Notes under the pieces: model-generated | What the model saw: only the letters and a program-made list of their open reading frames with translations | Told to the model about the DNA's origin: nothing | Databases searched by the model: none | Shown: positions 25,411-36,700 of the stretch, piece after piece | How the letters are laid out: each line of letters starts with the position of its first letter | How positions within the stretch are numbered: the stretch's first letter is position 1 | IMG/VR virus record: IMGVR_UViG_3300037264_002141 | Coordinates: 1-47,500 of that record | Direction: 5' to 3' (one strand) | DNA length: 47,500 bases | Origin: a virus | Taxonomy: Duplodnaviria > Caudoviricetes | Program-made: the position numbers and the translations under genes

Positions 25411-25731
25411 TCACGCCTTCCCGGGTTTCAGTTCGGGCGCGTCGAGGATCCGATGCACCAGCTCCACCTCCGGTCGGCCGAGTCCGGTCACGGCCTCGAG
25501 GCCGCCCTTGATCCGATCCCACTCGGCCTCTTCGAGAAGGACCGTGCTCTTCGCCGCGGCGATCTTCTCTGCGATCTTTTGCCGCTTGAGCACTTCGAGA
25601 GGCTTGCATCCCGCGGCCGGCACGAAACACAGCTCTACGAGCGCCTCTTGCACGTCAAACGGAACGCTGGTCTTCGTTCCGTCCGGAGCCCGGCCGGCCA
25701 CCATGTAGTTTCGGAGATCGAGTTTCCGCAC
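25411..25731 (-). CDS. Small protein after tail fibre, possible fibre chaperone
   Basis: AGGAGG RBS; KIAEKI....VLLEEAEW..IK; position. Confidence 0.55.
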   Translation of the reverse strand: MRKLDLRNYMVAGRAPDGTKTSVPFDVQEALVELCFVPAAGCKPLEVLKRQKIAEKIAAAKSTVLLEEAEWDRIKGGLEAVTGLGRPEVELVHRILDAPELKPGKA

Positions 25732-25740
25732 GTTGCCCTC

Positions 25741-27714
25741 CTATGACGCCGGCCCTGTGGCCGAGACGTGGACGTTGCCTAACGCATCGCAGATCAGATA
25801 CTTGTCTCCGGCCGCGAACGCACCGAGAACACTAATCGTGACAAGTCCGGTATCACTAATCCGGAACCGTTCGAGATTTGTGGTGCCAAAGACAAGCGAA
25901 TAAGCCCTATTATTCTTGAACCACAGGTCCCCATCGACTGTTCCAGTGAGTCCGTGGTCGTTTGCGAAAGCAGCACCTACTGAACCCGCAGGCGCCACTG
26001 CATCCGTATCATAGAATGTCACTTGTGGGCTGAACGCCCCTGCTCCTGAAATCCGTAATCCTCCGCCCGCCGCAATCGCGACAAGTTCTAAGGTCGTTGC
26101 CGGCAGTGTGGTGCCAATCCCGACGAAGCCTCCAGTCGATTGAAGAATGACATAGCTTGTGGTCTTTGTCCCGCTGGAGGTCCCTTCAATCGTGATGTCG
26201 CCGTTCGCGGCGGATGAGCCGTAAATCGTCGGGCTCAGAAGGGCGCCTACGAAGCTGTTGACTCCGACATTCGTGAATGCGTTCGCGGCATCGAGCCTCG
26301 GGACATTCGTCGAGGACGAGATCGCCGTGCCTCCACCCCAGGCGAGCGTGCCTGTCGCCGTGAGGACCAGCCAATCACTGCCGCCACCTTGAATCCGGAA
26401 GTCAGTCGAGGACGCCGGCACGTAGAGGTTCCAGGTGAGGTTATAGGAACCGCCGCCCTCGTCGCGTTGCAGCGCCGCCTGCACGATGTTGTTGGTCGTC
26501 GTCTTCAGCCAGAGCCACGTCGAGCCCGCCACGGTGATCTGCTGGTTCGCCAGGAAGGTGTTGCTCGCGCTCAGTCGGGCCAGGTCCGCCGTATCAGAAA
26601 GGTCCGTCGAGGCGTGCGACGCAAGGTCCGCGATCGAGGACCCGACCTTCGAGACGTCGGCCCAGGCGTGACCGTGTGCGGCAGCCGCGGCGCCGACGTC
26701 GGCAAACGTGAGGCCGTGGACCGCGAAGCCGAACGTCGTCGGCGTGAGCGCTTTCAGGAAGTGGCCGGCGGTCAGTCCGGCCGCACTATGGTCCGCCCCG
26801 ACGAGCGCATGCACCTGCGCGTGATGTTGGTCACTCGTGACGTCGGTCAAGCCGGCGTGTTGCCGCGTCGCGAGGTCGGTCAGATTCGATCCGACCTTGC
26901 TGACCTTGCCCCACGACAGGGACGGAATGTCATCCTCGACGAGCGCGCGGAACGTCGGCACAGCCGCAGCGCCGGCCGCCGGGCCGGAGAAGATCAGATT
27001 CGGCGCCTGGGAGATCCACGTCGCGGCCAGTGTGCCGGTCGACGTGACCGGCGATCCGCCGATACTGAATTGTGGCGGTAGGACGAGCCCAACGCTGGTC
27101 ACCGTGCCGAGTCCCGTTGGGAGATCGCTGACCGCGATCTGGCGGAAGGTCGCGGCGCCGTCTGCACCCGCGAGCGGACCCGCCAAGAAAACTCCGGCCT
27201 CCTGGGCGGCCCAGAGCGCACTCAGCCGGCCCGCGACGTCGCCGCGAAGAATCTGATAGGTGACGGCCACTTTCCGCGGCACCGGGAAGGCGCACGACCA
27301 CATGACCCGCATCCGCCTTCGATCGACAATCCGCGCCACGAACTGCACGATGCCCGCTTCGGCCTCGTCACCGCCTGCCGTGGCCATCTGGGTCATGACG
27401 ACCGGCGCGCCGATGTCCGCGTCATCGAACCGGCCGGCTGACCAGACGACACCGCTCCGTCCACCAGCACGCAACTCGAGATCTGCGGTATGGATGGCGA
27501 GACTGGTCAGGGCGTCAACGGCGTCCTCGAGCGCCCCGACGCGCGCCTCGAGTGGTTGGACCTGCGTCGTCGCGATCCCTAACACGATTGAGGTCGACAG
27601 ATCGGTCCCGTCTTGTTTCCGGATCGGAATGTCGACCTTGCGACTGCGACCCGCGGGCGCGCCGGTCGTGCGCCGTGGTTCTTTCGCGCGGCCGGACGGG
27701 GCTCGCGGCGGCAT
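25741..27714 (-). CDS. Tail fibre/receptor-binding protein
   Basis: Internal repeats (AGP..GA...TFR.....D.P x2, W..VSKVGS...DLA x2, RL.A.N.F x2), HxH knots, VGIGTT.P and GTTNLERFRI fibre motifs; TAATG overlap with the giant gene. Confidence 0.85.
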   Translation of the reverse strand: MPPRAPSGRAKEPRRTTGAPAGRSRKVDIPIRKQDGTDLSTSIVLGIATTQVQPLEARVGALEDAVDALTSLAIHTADLELRAGGRSGVVWSAGRFDDADIGAPVVMTQMATAGGDEAEAGIVQFVARIVDRRRMRVMWSCAFPVPRKVAVTYQILRGDVAGRLSALWAAQEAGVFLAGPLAGADGAATFRQIAVSDLPTGLGTVTSVGLVLPPQFSIGGSPVTSTGTLAATWISQAPNLIFSGPAAGAAAVPTFRALVEDDIPSLSWGKVSKVGSNLTDLATRQHAGLTDVTSDQHHAQVHALVGADHSAAGLTAGHFLKALTPTTFGFAVHGLTFADVGAAAAAHGHAWADVSKVGSSIADLASHASTDLSDTADLARLSASNTFLANQQITVAGSTWLWLKTTTNNIVQAALQRDEGGGSYNLTWNLYVPASSTDFRIQGGGSDWLVLTATGTLAWGGGTAISSSTNVPRLDAANAFTNVGVNSFVGALLSPTIYGSSAANGDITIEGTSSGTKTTSYVILQSTGGFVGIGTTLPATTLELVAIAAGGGLRISGAGAFSPQVTFYDTDAVAPAGSVGAAFANDHGLTGTVDGDLWFKNNRAYSLVFGTTNLERFRISDTGLVTISVLGAFAAGDKYLICDALGNVHVSATGPAS

Positions 27715-30700
27715 TACTTCGCCCCCTTCACCTTCGGTCCGAACAGGACAGCCGCCGGACTCGTCGTCCGTCCTTCTTCGAGGGCGATGACGCCCCGCAC
27801 GGTCCGCTCGACTTGGGCGGCCGGATACCGGAAGACGATCCCGCCGGTCTGGTTGATGGACTTGAAGAATGCCTCGTCGAGTTCGCCCTGCTTCACCTGT
27901 GTCCCGGTCTGATAGGCGAGTTGGAGGAGCCGCGCGCCGGCCGGACCGGCATACCCGCGGGTCCCGTCGCCGACGAGACCACCCAGCTCGCGCACGAGCA
28001 CCATGGTGTTGAGCGCCGTTGAGAGGATCTCCTGCCCGACGTTCTTGACGAACTCCACCCACGAATCATCATCGTCACCGCCCGTCCGGCCGAAGGCCCG
28101 ACTCATGGCGATCGTCAGGAACGCCGGCATGACATAGATGAGGCTCAGGTTCCCGAGCATCTCGAGGACTTCGACCGGCGATCGATAGTTCGTCTTCCCC
28201 AACTCACGGGCCGTCTGGTTGAAGACCGTATTCCCGTAGGTGTAGAACACCATGAAGAGGCGCGCCACCGGACCACCGCGTTGCACTTGCGCCAGATCCT
28301 TGAGTTGGCCGGCGCCCTGGCTGTCGAGGACGGCTTGATCGGCCAGGGCGATCGCTTCCGCTTCGGTCCCGCCGCCAGCCTTCGTCTTCTCATACATGCC
28401 GAGCCAGGTCGGCACGTCGGCGACGCGTTGCGCCAGACCGATGTGGAACATATACCCGTCGAGCAGCGCCGTCTGCGTCAGGGTGTCGAACGAGACTTTG
28501 CGGACGAGGCGATCGAAGAAGCCGCCGGCGCGACGCAGCTCGAGGCGCAGGTCGCTCAGATCTTGCGTCTGCGTGTAGAGCCGATACTTCATCATCGGCG
28601 AGACACTGTAGATCCATTTGATCGTGCTCTCGAGGTGCGCCGCGTCGCGGAGCCACCGCTTGATCCCCCGGGCCACCCACACCGGGCCGACCCGCGCCAT
28701 GCCGTTGAACACGCCGAGCGGTTGCTGGACCGCCGTCCACAGGTTGAGTCCGAGCACGGAGAGCTGCGTGCCCTGGCGGGCGAACGTCGCGGCCCGATCG
28801 AGAATCGTCGCGCGTCGACCGTTGATGTTCCCGAGGGCGATGTCCTGCAGCATGCGGGTGAATTGCTGATAGACAATGTCCCCCTTCGTCTCGAAGATCG
28901 CGTTACTCACGCTCGAGTCCCTCAGGATCCGCTGCGCGTCGAGGAGCATCTCGTGATGCGTGAGGTCGTGCAGCACTTGCTGGACGTGTTGGAACACGAC
29001 GCCCAGATCGAGCCGGACGGAGAGCTTCACGTGGGCCTTGCGCGTTTCGATATGCCCGCGTTTCGTGGTGTTGGAGACATACGCGGCTTGCAGGATCCCC
29101 CGGGCTTCACTGGCCGCCTCGAGCTGCTGCGATCGCAGGTTGAGCCGCGGGTCATACATGAGCGGATAGTAACCGCCGCGGTAGTCGCCGAAGGCCGTCT
29201 GCACGGTCAGGGCCTCAACCTTCTCCGGGGCCACGCCGACCACGCGCTCTTGTTTCGCGACGATCTCCGGCCAGAACCCGTCGAGGAAGTCCCACGTTGC
29301 TTGAACGAAGTCCCAATCGCGCTTGTCGAGCGTCTCGAGGATCGCCGCAACCTGCTGGAGTCCCCACTTGCGCCGCGGGTCAGCCAGGATCCGATCACGC
29401 GACGTTTGATTCCCCCAATTGAGCGCGAGGGAGAGGCGCGCCTCTTTCGAGAGACTCGCGCCGATGGCTGGGATGAACCGCTGCGTCGCGAAGTGGCTCA
29501 GATCCTTCGAGGTATAGAAGCGTTCGAGGATCGCCGTGTAGGCGCCGCCGGCCTCCGCGTTGCGGCGCGTCTCGGCGTCTGTGGCGTCGTTGATTGGCTT
29601 GATGATGTAGCGCCACATCGGCCCGCCGTCGACGTAGCCGTCGAGCGCCGCGGCGAGCTGGGCGATCTTCGTGTGCGACGCGAACCAATCGCTCGCGCGT
29701 CGTGTGACTTCGTCCCCCGCCGTGAACTCGAGCGGGAGCGGGCTGACCTTGCTGTGCGTGCGGATACTCTCGACGATCGCCGTGCGGACCTCGGCGAACT
29801 CGCGCTCGTCCTGTGCCTTGAGCAGCTTATTCTTGAGTCGGGCCAGATGGACGATCATCTTGAGCCCGTCCGTGATCCCGACCAACTCCTCGACGGTGAG
29901 GTTCTGGTAGTTCGTCCGGCGCGCTTCGTCCTGCAGCTCCACCGGCAGGGCATCAGGCACCGGGAGGCCGGCCGCCTCGAGCCCGGCCAGGAACTTCGCC
30001 AGACTCCCGCGGCGCTCGAGCGCCTTCGCCGGCACACGCGCGAACTCATACGCGTCAAGGATCCCGTCGACTTGATCCTGGTAGTTCTGCCCGGCGAGTC
30101 CCAGCCGCGCCCGCGACGCCTTCGAGTTGAGATCCTTCGCGAACCTGACCCGAATCGCGATGTCCTCCAGTGTCCGCTCGGCTTCGCGGTAGAGGGCCAG
30201 GTTGAGCAGTTCTTGCTGTTTGGCCGCGATCGCGCCGTCGAAATCCTGCCGGGCCGCGTGGTCGATGGCTTGCTGTCCCGCCCGCCTCGAGGCGGACCAG
30301 AACAGGGCCGGTTTGATCTGTCCGATCTTCATGCGGACGATCCGCGCCCGCGCCGTCCTCTGAATCAGGGCCGCCGGCGGGATGGCCGCGGCGATGACCG
30401 CCGGACCGCCGCGAGCCTTCTGCCGGAGGTTCCGCACCTCATCCTGTAGCTGGTCGATCTCGACTTGCTTCCTTCCGGTCGCGATCGCCACACGGAGTTT
30501 CCCTTCCGCCTCGAACCACCGCCGCTCATAGGCCCGTTCCCGCCGCTCAGCGGCGACCCGCTCCTCTCCAGCACGCTCGAAGGGCGCGACGGTCCGCTTG
30601 AGTTGCGTGAGGGCGCGCAGCTCGGCGCGGATGATACTGTCCCGATCCTCGTTCGCCACGGCGGCCTGCGCGATCTCGCCGAGTGTCCCATCGAGGAGCA

Positions 30701-33700
30701 TCGACCCGTGTTCGTGCAACATGCGCGCCGTCGTCTGTTGCTCGATGACCTGCCGCATGGGCGCCACGTCCTCGAGGGCCGTGAGTAACTCGTCGGCGCT
30801 CGTGTAGCCGAACATCCCCGCGACAGTCTCCGGGTCCACGCCGGCGTCTTTCACGTAGCTGAAACGCGGCAGACGCTTGAGGCGCGCCTCTCCAAACGTC
30901 TGCACGATCAAGGCCCGCGACAGGCGGAGCGGTTTCGTCTCGAGGCCCTCGACGAGGGCGTCGCCGTTCGGATGGGTCCCGCGCAAGACGGCAGAGAGGG
31001 CACGATACTCCCGCCGGGCGTAGACCTCCGCCTCCACCTCCGTTCGGATCTCGTCCCGTTGCGCTTTCCAGCTCTCCTCTTGCTCGCGCCGGACCTCCGC
31101 GAGCAGTTTCGCGTCGAGCTGTTGCCGGGCCGTCCGTGAGGCCCGGGCGACGGTCTCCCGGTAGAGGCCAAACTGCGCCACCGTCATGCCGGCCGTGTCC
31201 GCCGTGGTGAACATCGCCGGCACACCGCGACGCTGTTCCGCCTGCGCGATTGCGAGGTCGCTCGCCAGTAGTCGATCAAAGATCGCCGTCACTTCCGGCG
31301 TCAGGCGCACGTGAAGGTTGATCAAGCTGCGGTAGACCCCCAGGAGCCACGCGCGGAAGCTCGCAAACGCTCCCTCGAGGGCGAGGGAAGGCGCCCGACC
31401 CTCCAGGAGATACGCTTCAAAGGTTCGGGCAAACTCCTCGTGCTGAGCCTCCGTCAGATCCTCACGACGAGCCGCGCCAAGGTGCTCGAGCGCGCCGTGA
31501 TAGTCCCCAAGGAATCGTCGCTGCCGATCGGTGAGCGCCGACGGATCGCGTGTCTCCAGACGCTCAGCGAGGTCCCCCATAATCTCGAGGAAGAAATGAC
31601 CAGTCTCATGGAGAAACGTCGAGAGGTCCGCCTTCTCGAGCAGGGCGATCGTGAATTGCCGGTCCGCGCCGAAGCGGATCGCGCCGCGCTTCTCCTGCTC
31701 GAGCATCGACGGACTCATCGGGTCATAGGTCCCGCGGTTGCCGATGGCATTCTTGATCTGGGTCGGCTCGAAGGCGATGTAATGGACGGTGTCCTCGTCA
31801 ACCCCGGCCATCGCCTTCCCGACGCGCCGATGTGAACCGAACTTGAGATCGACCGTGCGGTCGATGATGCCGTCGAAGCCGACGCACTGCAGCGCCAGGC
31901 GAACGATCTCGTTCGACGCCATGTGACCGGACGGGAGACGCTCCGTGTAATACCCGAATTGCTCATTCTTGCGGAGGACCTCCAGGGCGTCACGGACCTT
32001 GAGTGTCTCGTAGCCCGCCTCCTCAAGGAGTTCTAAGATCACACCGTCAACCGTCCCGTCCTCATACTGGCTGGCGACGTCACGGAGCGCCGCAATGAAG
32101 TCAATCAACGTGCCGGTCGGCTCGACGTCGAGGAACTCGCCCTCTTCGTCGGTCGCTTGCGTCATGTCCAGCCACGACTCGCCGTCTCCGCCGAGGATCG
32201 CGGGATTCTCGAGTTTCAGGAAGACGGCCATCGTCGAGCCCTGATTGGCGAGGAACTCCTCCTCCGCCCGGGCTCGGAGTCCCTTGCGCGTCTCGACGTC
32301 GTTGTAGGCGATGTCCTCTTCTCGCGCGAGTTCGTCGATGCGCCGTTCGATCTTGTTCTCGAGGTCCGGACCGATGCCGGCGTAGTTCTCCTCGACGTCA
32401 CGTGGGTTGTTGCTGAAATAGAAGCCACGGCCGAAGTCGCTCTCGAGGTTCGCCCGGGTCCGGTCGAACTCCGTGAACGTCTGGGTCGTGCCGTGGTAGA
32501 CCCGGAGCGGCGCGCCGGTGTCGTCGACGACCTGGCTTCGGCCGAACCAGTTGCGGAAGGCCGGTGACTCCGTCCGAAGTTGCCCGCTCACGGTCGACGG
32601 CAAGGTCGGCCCGATGGTGGGCTCCCGATACATGCTCGCCGTCAGCGAATAGTCCATGTGGCGGCCGGCGTTCCGGACGAAGCCGAACCGACGATAGAAC
32701 CGCGCCAGGCGATCCTTCGACGTCGTCTTGACGCCGCCGGCGATCGGTTGATAGCCCTTCGGCGCCAGGGTGAGGACGATCCGGAGACCGTTCCGATCGG
32801 CGTAGCGGGTCAGTTCCTGCATCACACGTCCGCCGAGTCCCGCACGAGCGGCGCCGCGACGAATCGCGATCACGTCGAGCTTGAGATCGCCTTGCACGGT
32901 CAGGTAGAGGTCCAGGGCCTCAAGGTCCGGCCCGGTCCGCGCCTTGAGGTCGTTCGCCCACGCTTGCACGTCGGCCGTGGTGAGTTGACGCGCGGGCTCG
33001 AGGCGCTGGTAGAACTCCGTGATCTGGACGAGCCGATCGTCGAAGACCACATAATTCTGCGTGCCCTCCGCCTTCGACCGGGAATACCCATCGAGATAGC
33101 GGATCCCCGCGATGCCGACCGAGTTCAAACGGCGGCTCGCCTGCTCGGCGCGGGCACTCAGGGACGACCGTGTCGCCACGGCGGCCGGCGGTGTGGCCGC
33201 CAACTCCTCGTCGAGCACGCGCGCCAACAGATCCTCGTAGACGCCCTCTCCGGTCGGCTCGAGGCGGCCGCGAGCGCGAAACAGTCCTGCGTTGCGTTGA
33301 TACCAGAGATCGAACGCCTTCTCGTCCGCCGTCAACACGTAATGGCGGCCCTCACGGAGGGTCTCGCGGATTCCCACGTCTTCTCGTGCCAACGCTTCGA
33401 CGTGTTTCGTCTCGAACAAGTGAGCCGCTTGTCGGAGGGTCGGCGTCTTGTCGGGTGTCCACGTGAGCCCAAGGGCCTGCAGCGCCGCCTGCACTTTCGG
33501 GCTCTGCCTTGAGGCCGCGAGGTCCCAGCTCAAGAAGTCGTCGTCTTCCGGGATCTCGACCTTATAGACTCGACCAGTCTTCACCGCCGGCAGGATGTCG
33601 AGACGATCGCCGTAGGTGTCAAGGACGTGGAGGGCCGCCTGATTCTTTTCGAGATCAAACTTGTCGCGGTTGCGATCGCCGCTCCAGGTCGTTCCCGCTT

Positions 33701-36700
33701 GTGCATGCAGAGTCAGGTTGGCGATGGCTCGCTCGACTGATTGACGGATACGCGCGATGCCGGCCTTTCCCGGCGGCTCGAAGTAGACGCGTGCATACAA
33801 CTCGAGGATCCCGGTGTGCAACGTCGCGTCGAGCGTGAAGTCCCGATAGAGGGCCGTGACCTGCGGGCCAAAGATCCGTTCACCATCGAGGGCCAGGCTC
33901 TTCTCTTGCCCCGGCCCCGCCAGGCTCTTGCGATAGGTTTCAGCAATTTCTCGGAGACTCGAGAAGTAAAGACCCCAGCCGTAGGCTTGCGCGCCTTCGC
34001 CGGTCCCGATCGCGTGCAGGCTGAATGCCTCGAACTTCGCCGCCGTGCCGTGATAGACCGGCTGAAAGAGCGTGGTCTGCTTGCCGGCGCGCCGGGCCAC
34101 CTGCGCCGTGAGGGCGAACGGCAACTCGAACTCCGGCGTCGGCACGTTGAGATCCCGGACCGCGCCGACGTCGCCCGGGAGGCGCGGTTGCAGTTCACCC
34201 GTGTCGAGGACGTCGGCCTGTGTCGGTTCGGCGGCCGCGCCCACCATGACGATCGCCGCCTGATCCCAGACCGCCACTTCCTCCAGATGCGGGATCCGCA
34301 CACCGACATACCCCGCCTGCTTGAGTCGTTCACGACGTGCCCGGAACGCGGCCACACTGTCGAGTCCTTGGAACTCCTTTTCCGACAACTCATAGAGGTC
34401 GCCCGTCACCGTCGCCTGGTAGACGGCGCCTCCCTTTCCCGCGTAGTGCTCAGCCGCGAGCGGCGTGGCGCTGAAGAACACGCCGAGCACGGAGGAGTCA
34501 CCCTTGATCGGCAATCCCTCCGGACGCTCCGCCGTCAGGACCTGGAGGCCGGCGCGCTCGTCTCCGTGAAAGAGGACCTCACTGACCGCGACAGGGCCGG
34601 GCTGATGGCCCTTCCAGAATTGCCGAATCGGGACCGACAGAAACCCAGACGACACCAGCGGGAACCCGCGTTCGTGATAAGCCCACTCCTGCAGGTCCAC
34701 GTGGGTCTGATAGATCTTCGCGAGGAAATAGTCTTTGCCTTGAAAGGTGACCCTCGACCCCTTCCGGACCTTCCTGGCCGGCGGTTCCGCCGCAGGGGCC
34801 GGCTGTTGTGGTCGGTCCGTTGTGGGCGTGGTCAACGTCTCGACGCCAGTATCCGGCGTGACCTCGTCGAAGAGTGACTGGTAGAACTCATCAACGTTGA
34901 AACTCGTATCGACCGGCCCTTCCGGCTCGAGGATGTCCGCCTCCATGCTCGCCTCGTCGAGCAGGTTCGTCGCCTCGAGGTCGTCCGTGATGGCGTCAGA
35001 GACGGCGTTCGTGAAGGCGTCGTCGACGATCCGGCCCCACGACGGCGGCAGGTAGGGCAGACTGATGACGCTATGGTCTCCCACGGCGCGCCGTTCCGCG
35101 ACGCGCACCGCGCCCTCAGCTAGGCCCGTCTGGATGTCTTTCGTTTTGATCGTCTCGGCGACGACGCCGCGGACGTGATTGCGGGAGCCGCTCGGCGCTT
35201 TCGCGGGTTGTCCCTTCCGCCGGCCATGCGTCACCCGGCCCACGGGCGCGAACGCGAGGATGTCGTGATAGACCTCCGCGCCCGCCGCGCCGCCGACGAT
35301 GTTCGCCTTCCCGCCGGCCGCGTTGCCGGTGTGCTGTTCGCCGGGACCGAGCCACGACCAGGAATGTGGGATGAACGGGAAGCTCTCTAGCTCGTCGAAG
35401 ATCCGGTCAAGTTCGCGGAGGACTTCCGGCGTGAACCGCCGAGCGTTTTCTTTGGCCGACTTTCGGCTGAAGATCTCGTCAGGGTCCGGGGCCGGTAGTT
35501 CGACAGGTTCAAGGCGTAGCTCATCGCGAGCGGCTTCGGCACGCCGCTCCGTATCAGGCGCACCGCGTTCGCCACCACGATCTCGAACGACTGGCCCCGC
35601 TGGAGGGGCGGCGACAGGTTCGGCATGACGTTCCTTTGCAATGTTAGCAACATCTTCCGTGGTGTCAAGAGGGACCCGTCCCCCGTTCTCCGTGAGGACC
35701 TGGAACCCGGTCGGACTTAGGATCCCAAACGTCTCCCCCGTGACCGGGACGTAGTCCTGCGCGCTCACGTCCGCCAGGCGCCGGAACCGTCCCGCCCGAT
35801 CGTAGACGCCAAAGGTCTGACCGGCCGCCTGCATGGCCGCCTGCCGGTCGATCGCTTCCCGGCTGGCCGCCGATTCGCCGGCGGCATTGATCCCCGTGCC
35901 GGCGTCCTCGACTTGCTCGATCGTGGCGCCGCCGAGGTCCGCCTCGAGGGCCGCGAGCCCCGGGATCTCCGGTTCGATGGCGGTCAGTTGTGCGCCCGGC
36001 GCCGACGAAGCCGCCAGCCCCTCCGTCGTCGGGGCGACAACGGTTCCCAACGGAGCCGCGGCCTCGGTCGGCGTCGGTCCTGTGACGGCGGGCGCCGCCG
36101 GCGCCGCCTCTGCCTCCCGCGTGACGGCAAAGCCATACTGGCGGTAGACGTCGCGCGGATCGACCTCCTCGATCGCTGCAACCTGCTCGAAGGCTGAGGC
36201 GTAGAGATCGGCATACCGCTCGGCGACCCTCACCGGCGTGGAAGCCTCGACGAGACGTGCGATCACGGCCTCACGCACGGCCGCCGCCCGATCCTCACCC
36301 GGGACGGCCTCCGCTTCCGCCGTCTCCGTGAGCGCCGCCTCGAACGCCTCCCCTTCCCGGGCGTTCATCTCTCCAGGTGCGAAGCGCAACTCACGAGCGA
36401 AGAAGGCATTATGGGGCGTGCCGGCGATCGCCGTGGCGTAGCGGGCGGTCGGGATGACGAGGTCCTCTCCCGTTCGCTGGGCCACCGCGAGCGCGTCGCC
36501 CTGGCCGGTGACTTCTGAGGCCACGGCGGCCGGGTCAAGCCCCTGGCTTTGCCAGTAGGTGATCCACGACTCGACGGGCGCGTAGACATGCTCGAGCGGG
36601 CCATCCTTTGTCACCCGCGCCACGAAGGTCTGGGCAGCCTCTGGGAGGCGCTGGAAGGTCTTGGAGCCAGTGACCCCTTGCCCGAGGGCGGTAAAGAACG

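Noticed and set aside
25411-25440. Tail-chaperone-type frameshift at AAACCCGGGAAG
   Set aside because: The runs are not in X_XXY_YYZ register, and podoviruses lack a tape-measure chaperone.
22216-27714. BPP-1-type diversity-generating retroelement near the tail fibre
   Set aside because: I saw no reverse transcriptase or Avd, no C-type lectin tip and no adenine-divergent TR/VR pair.
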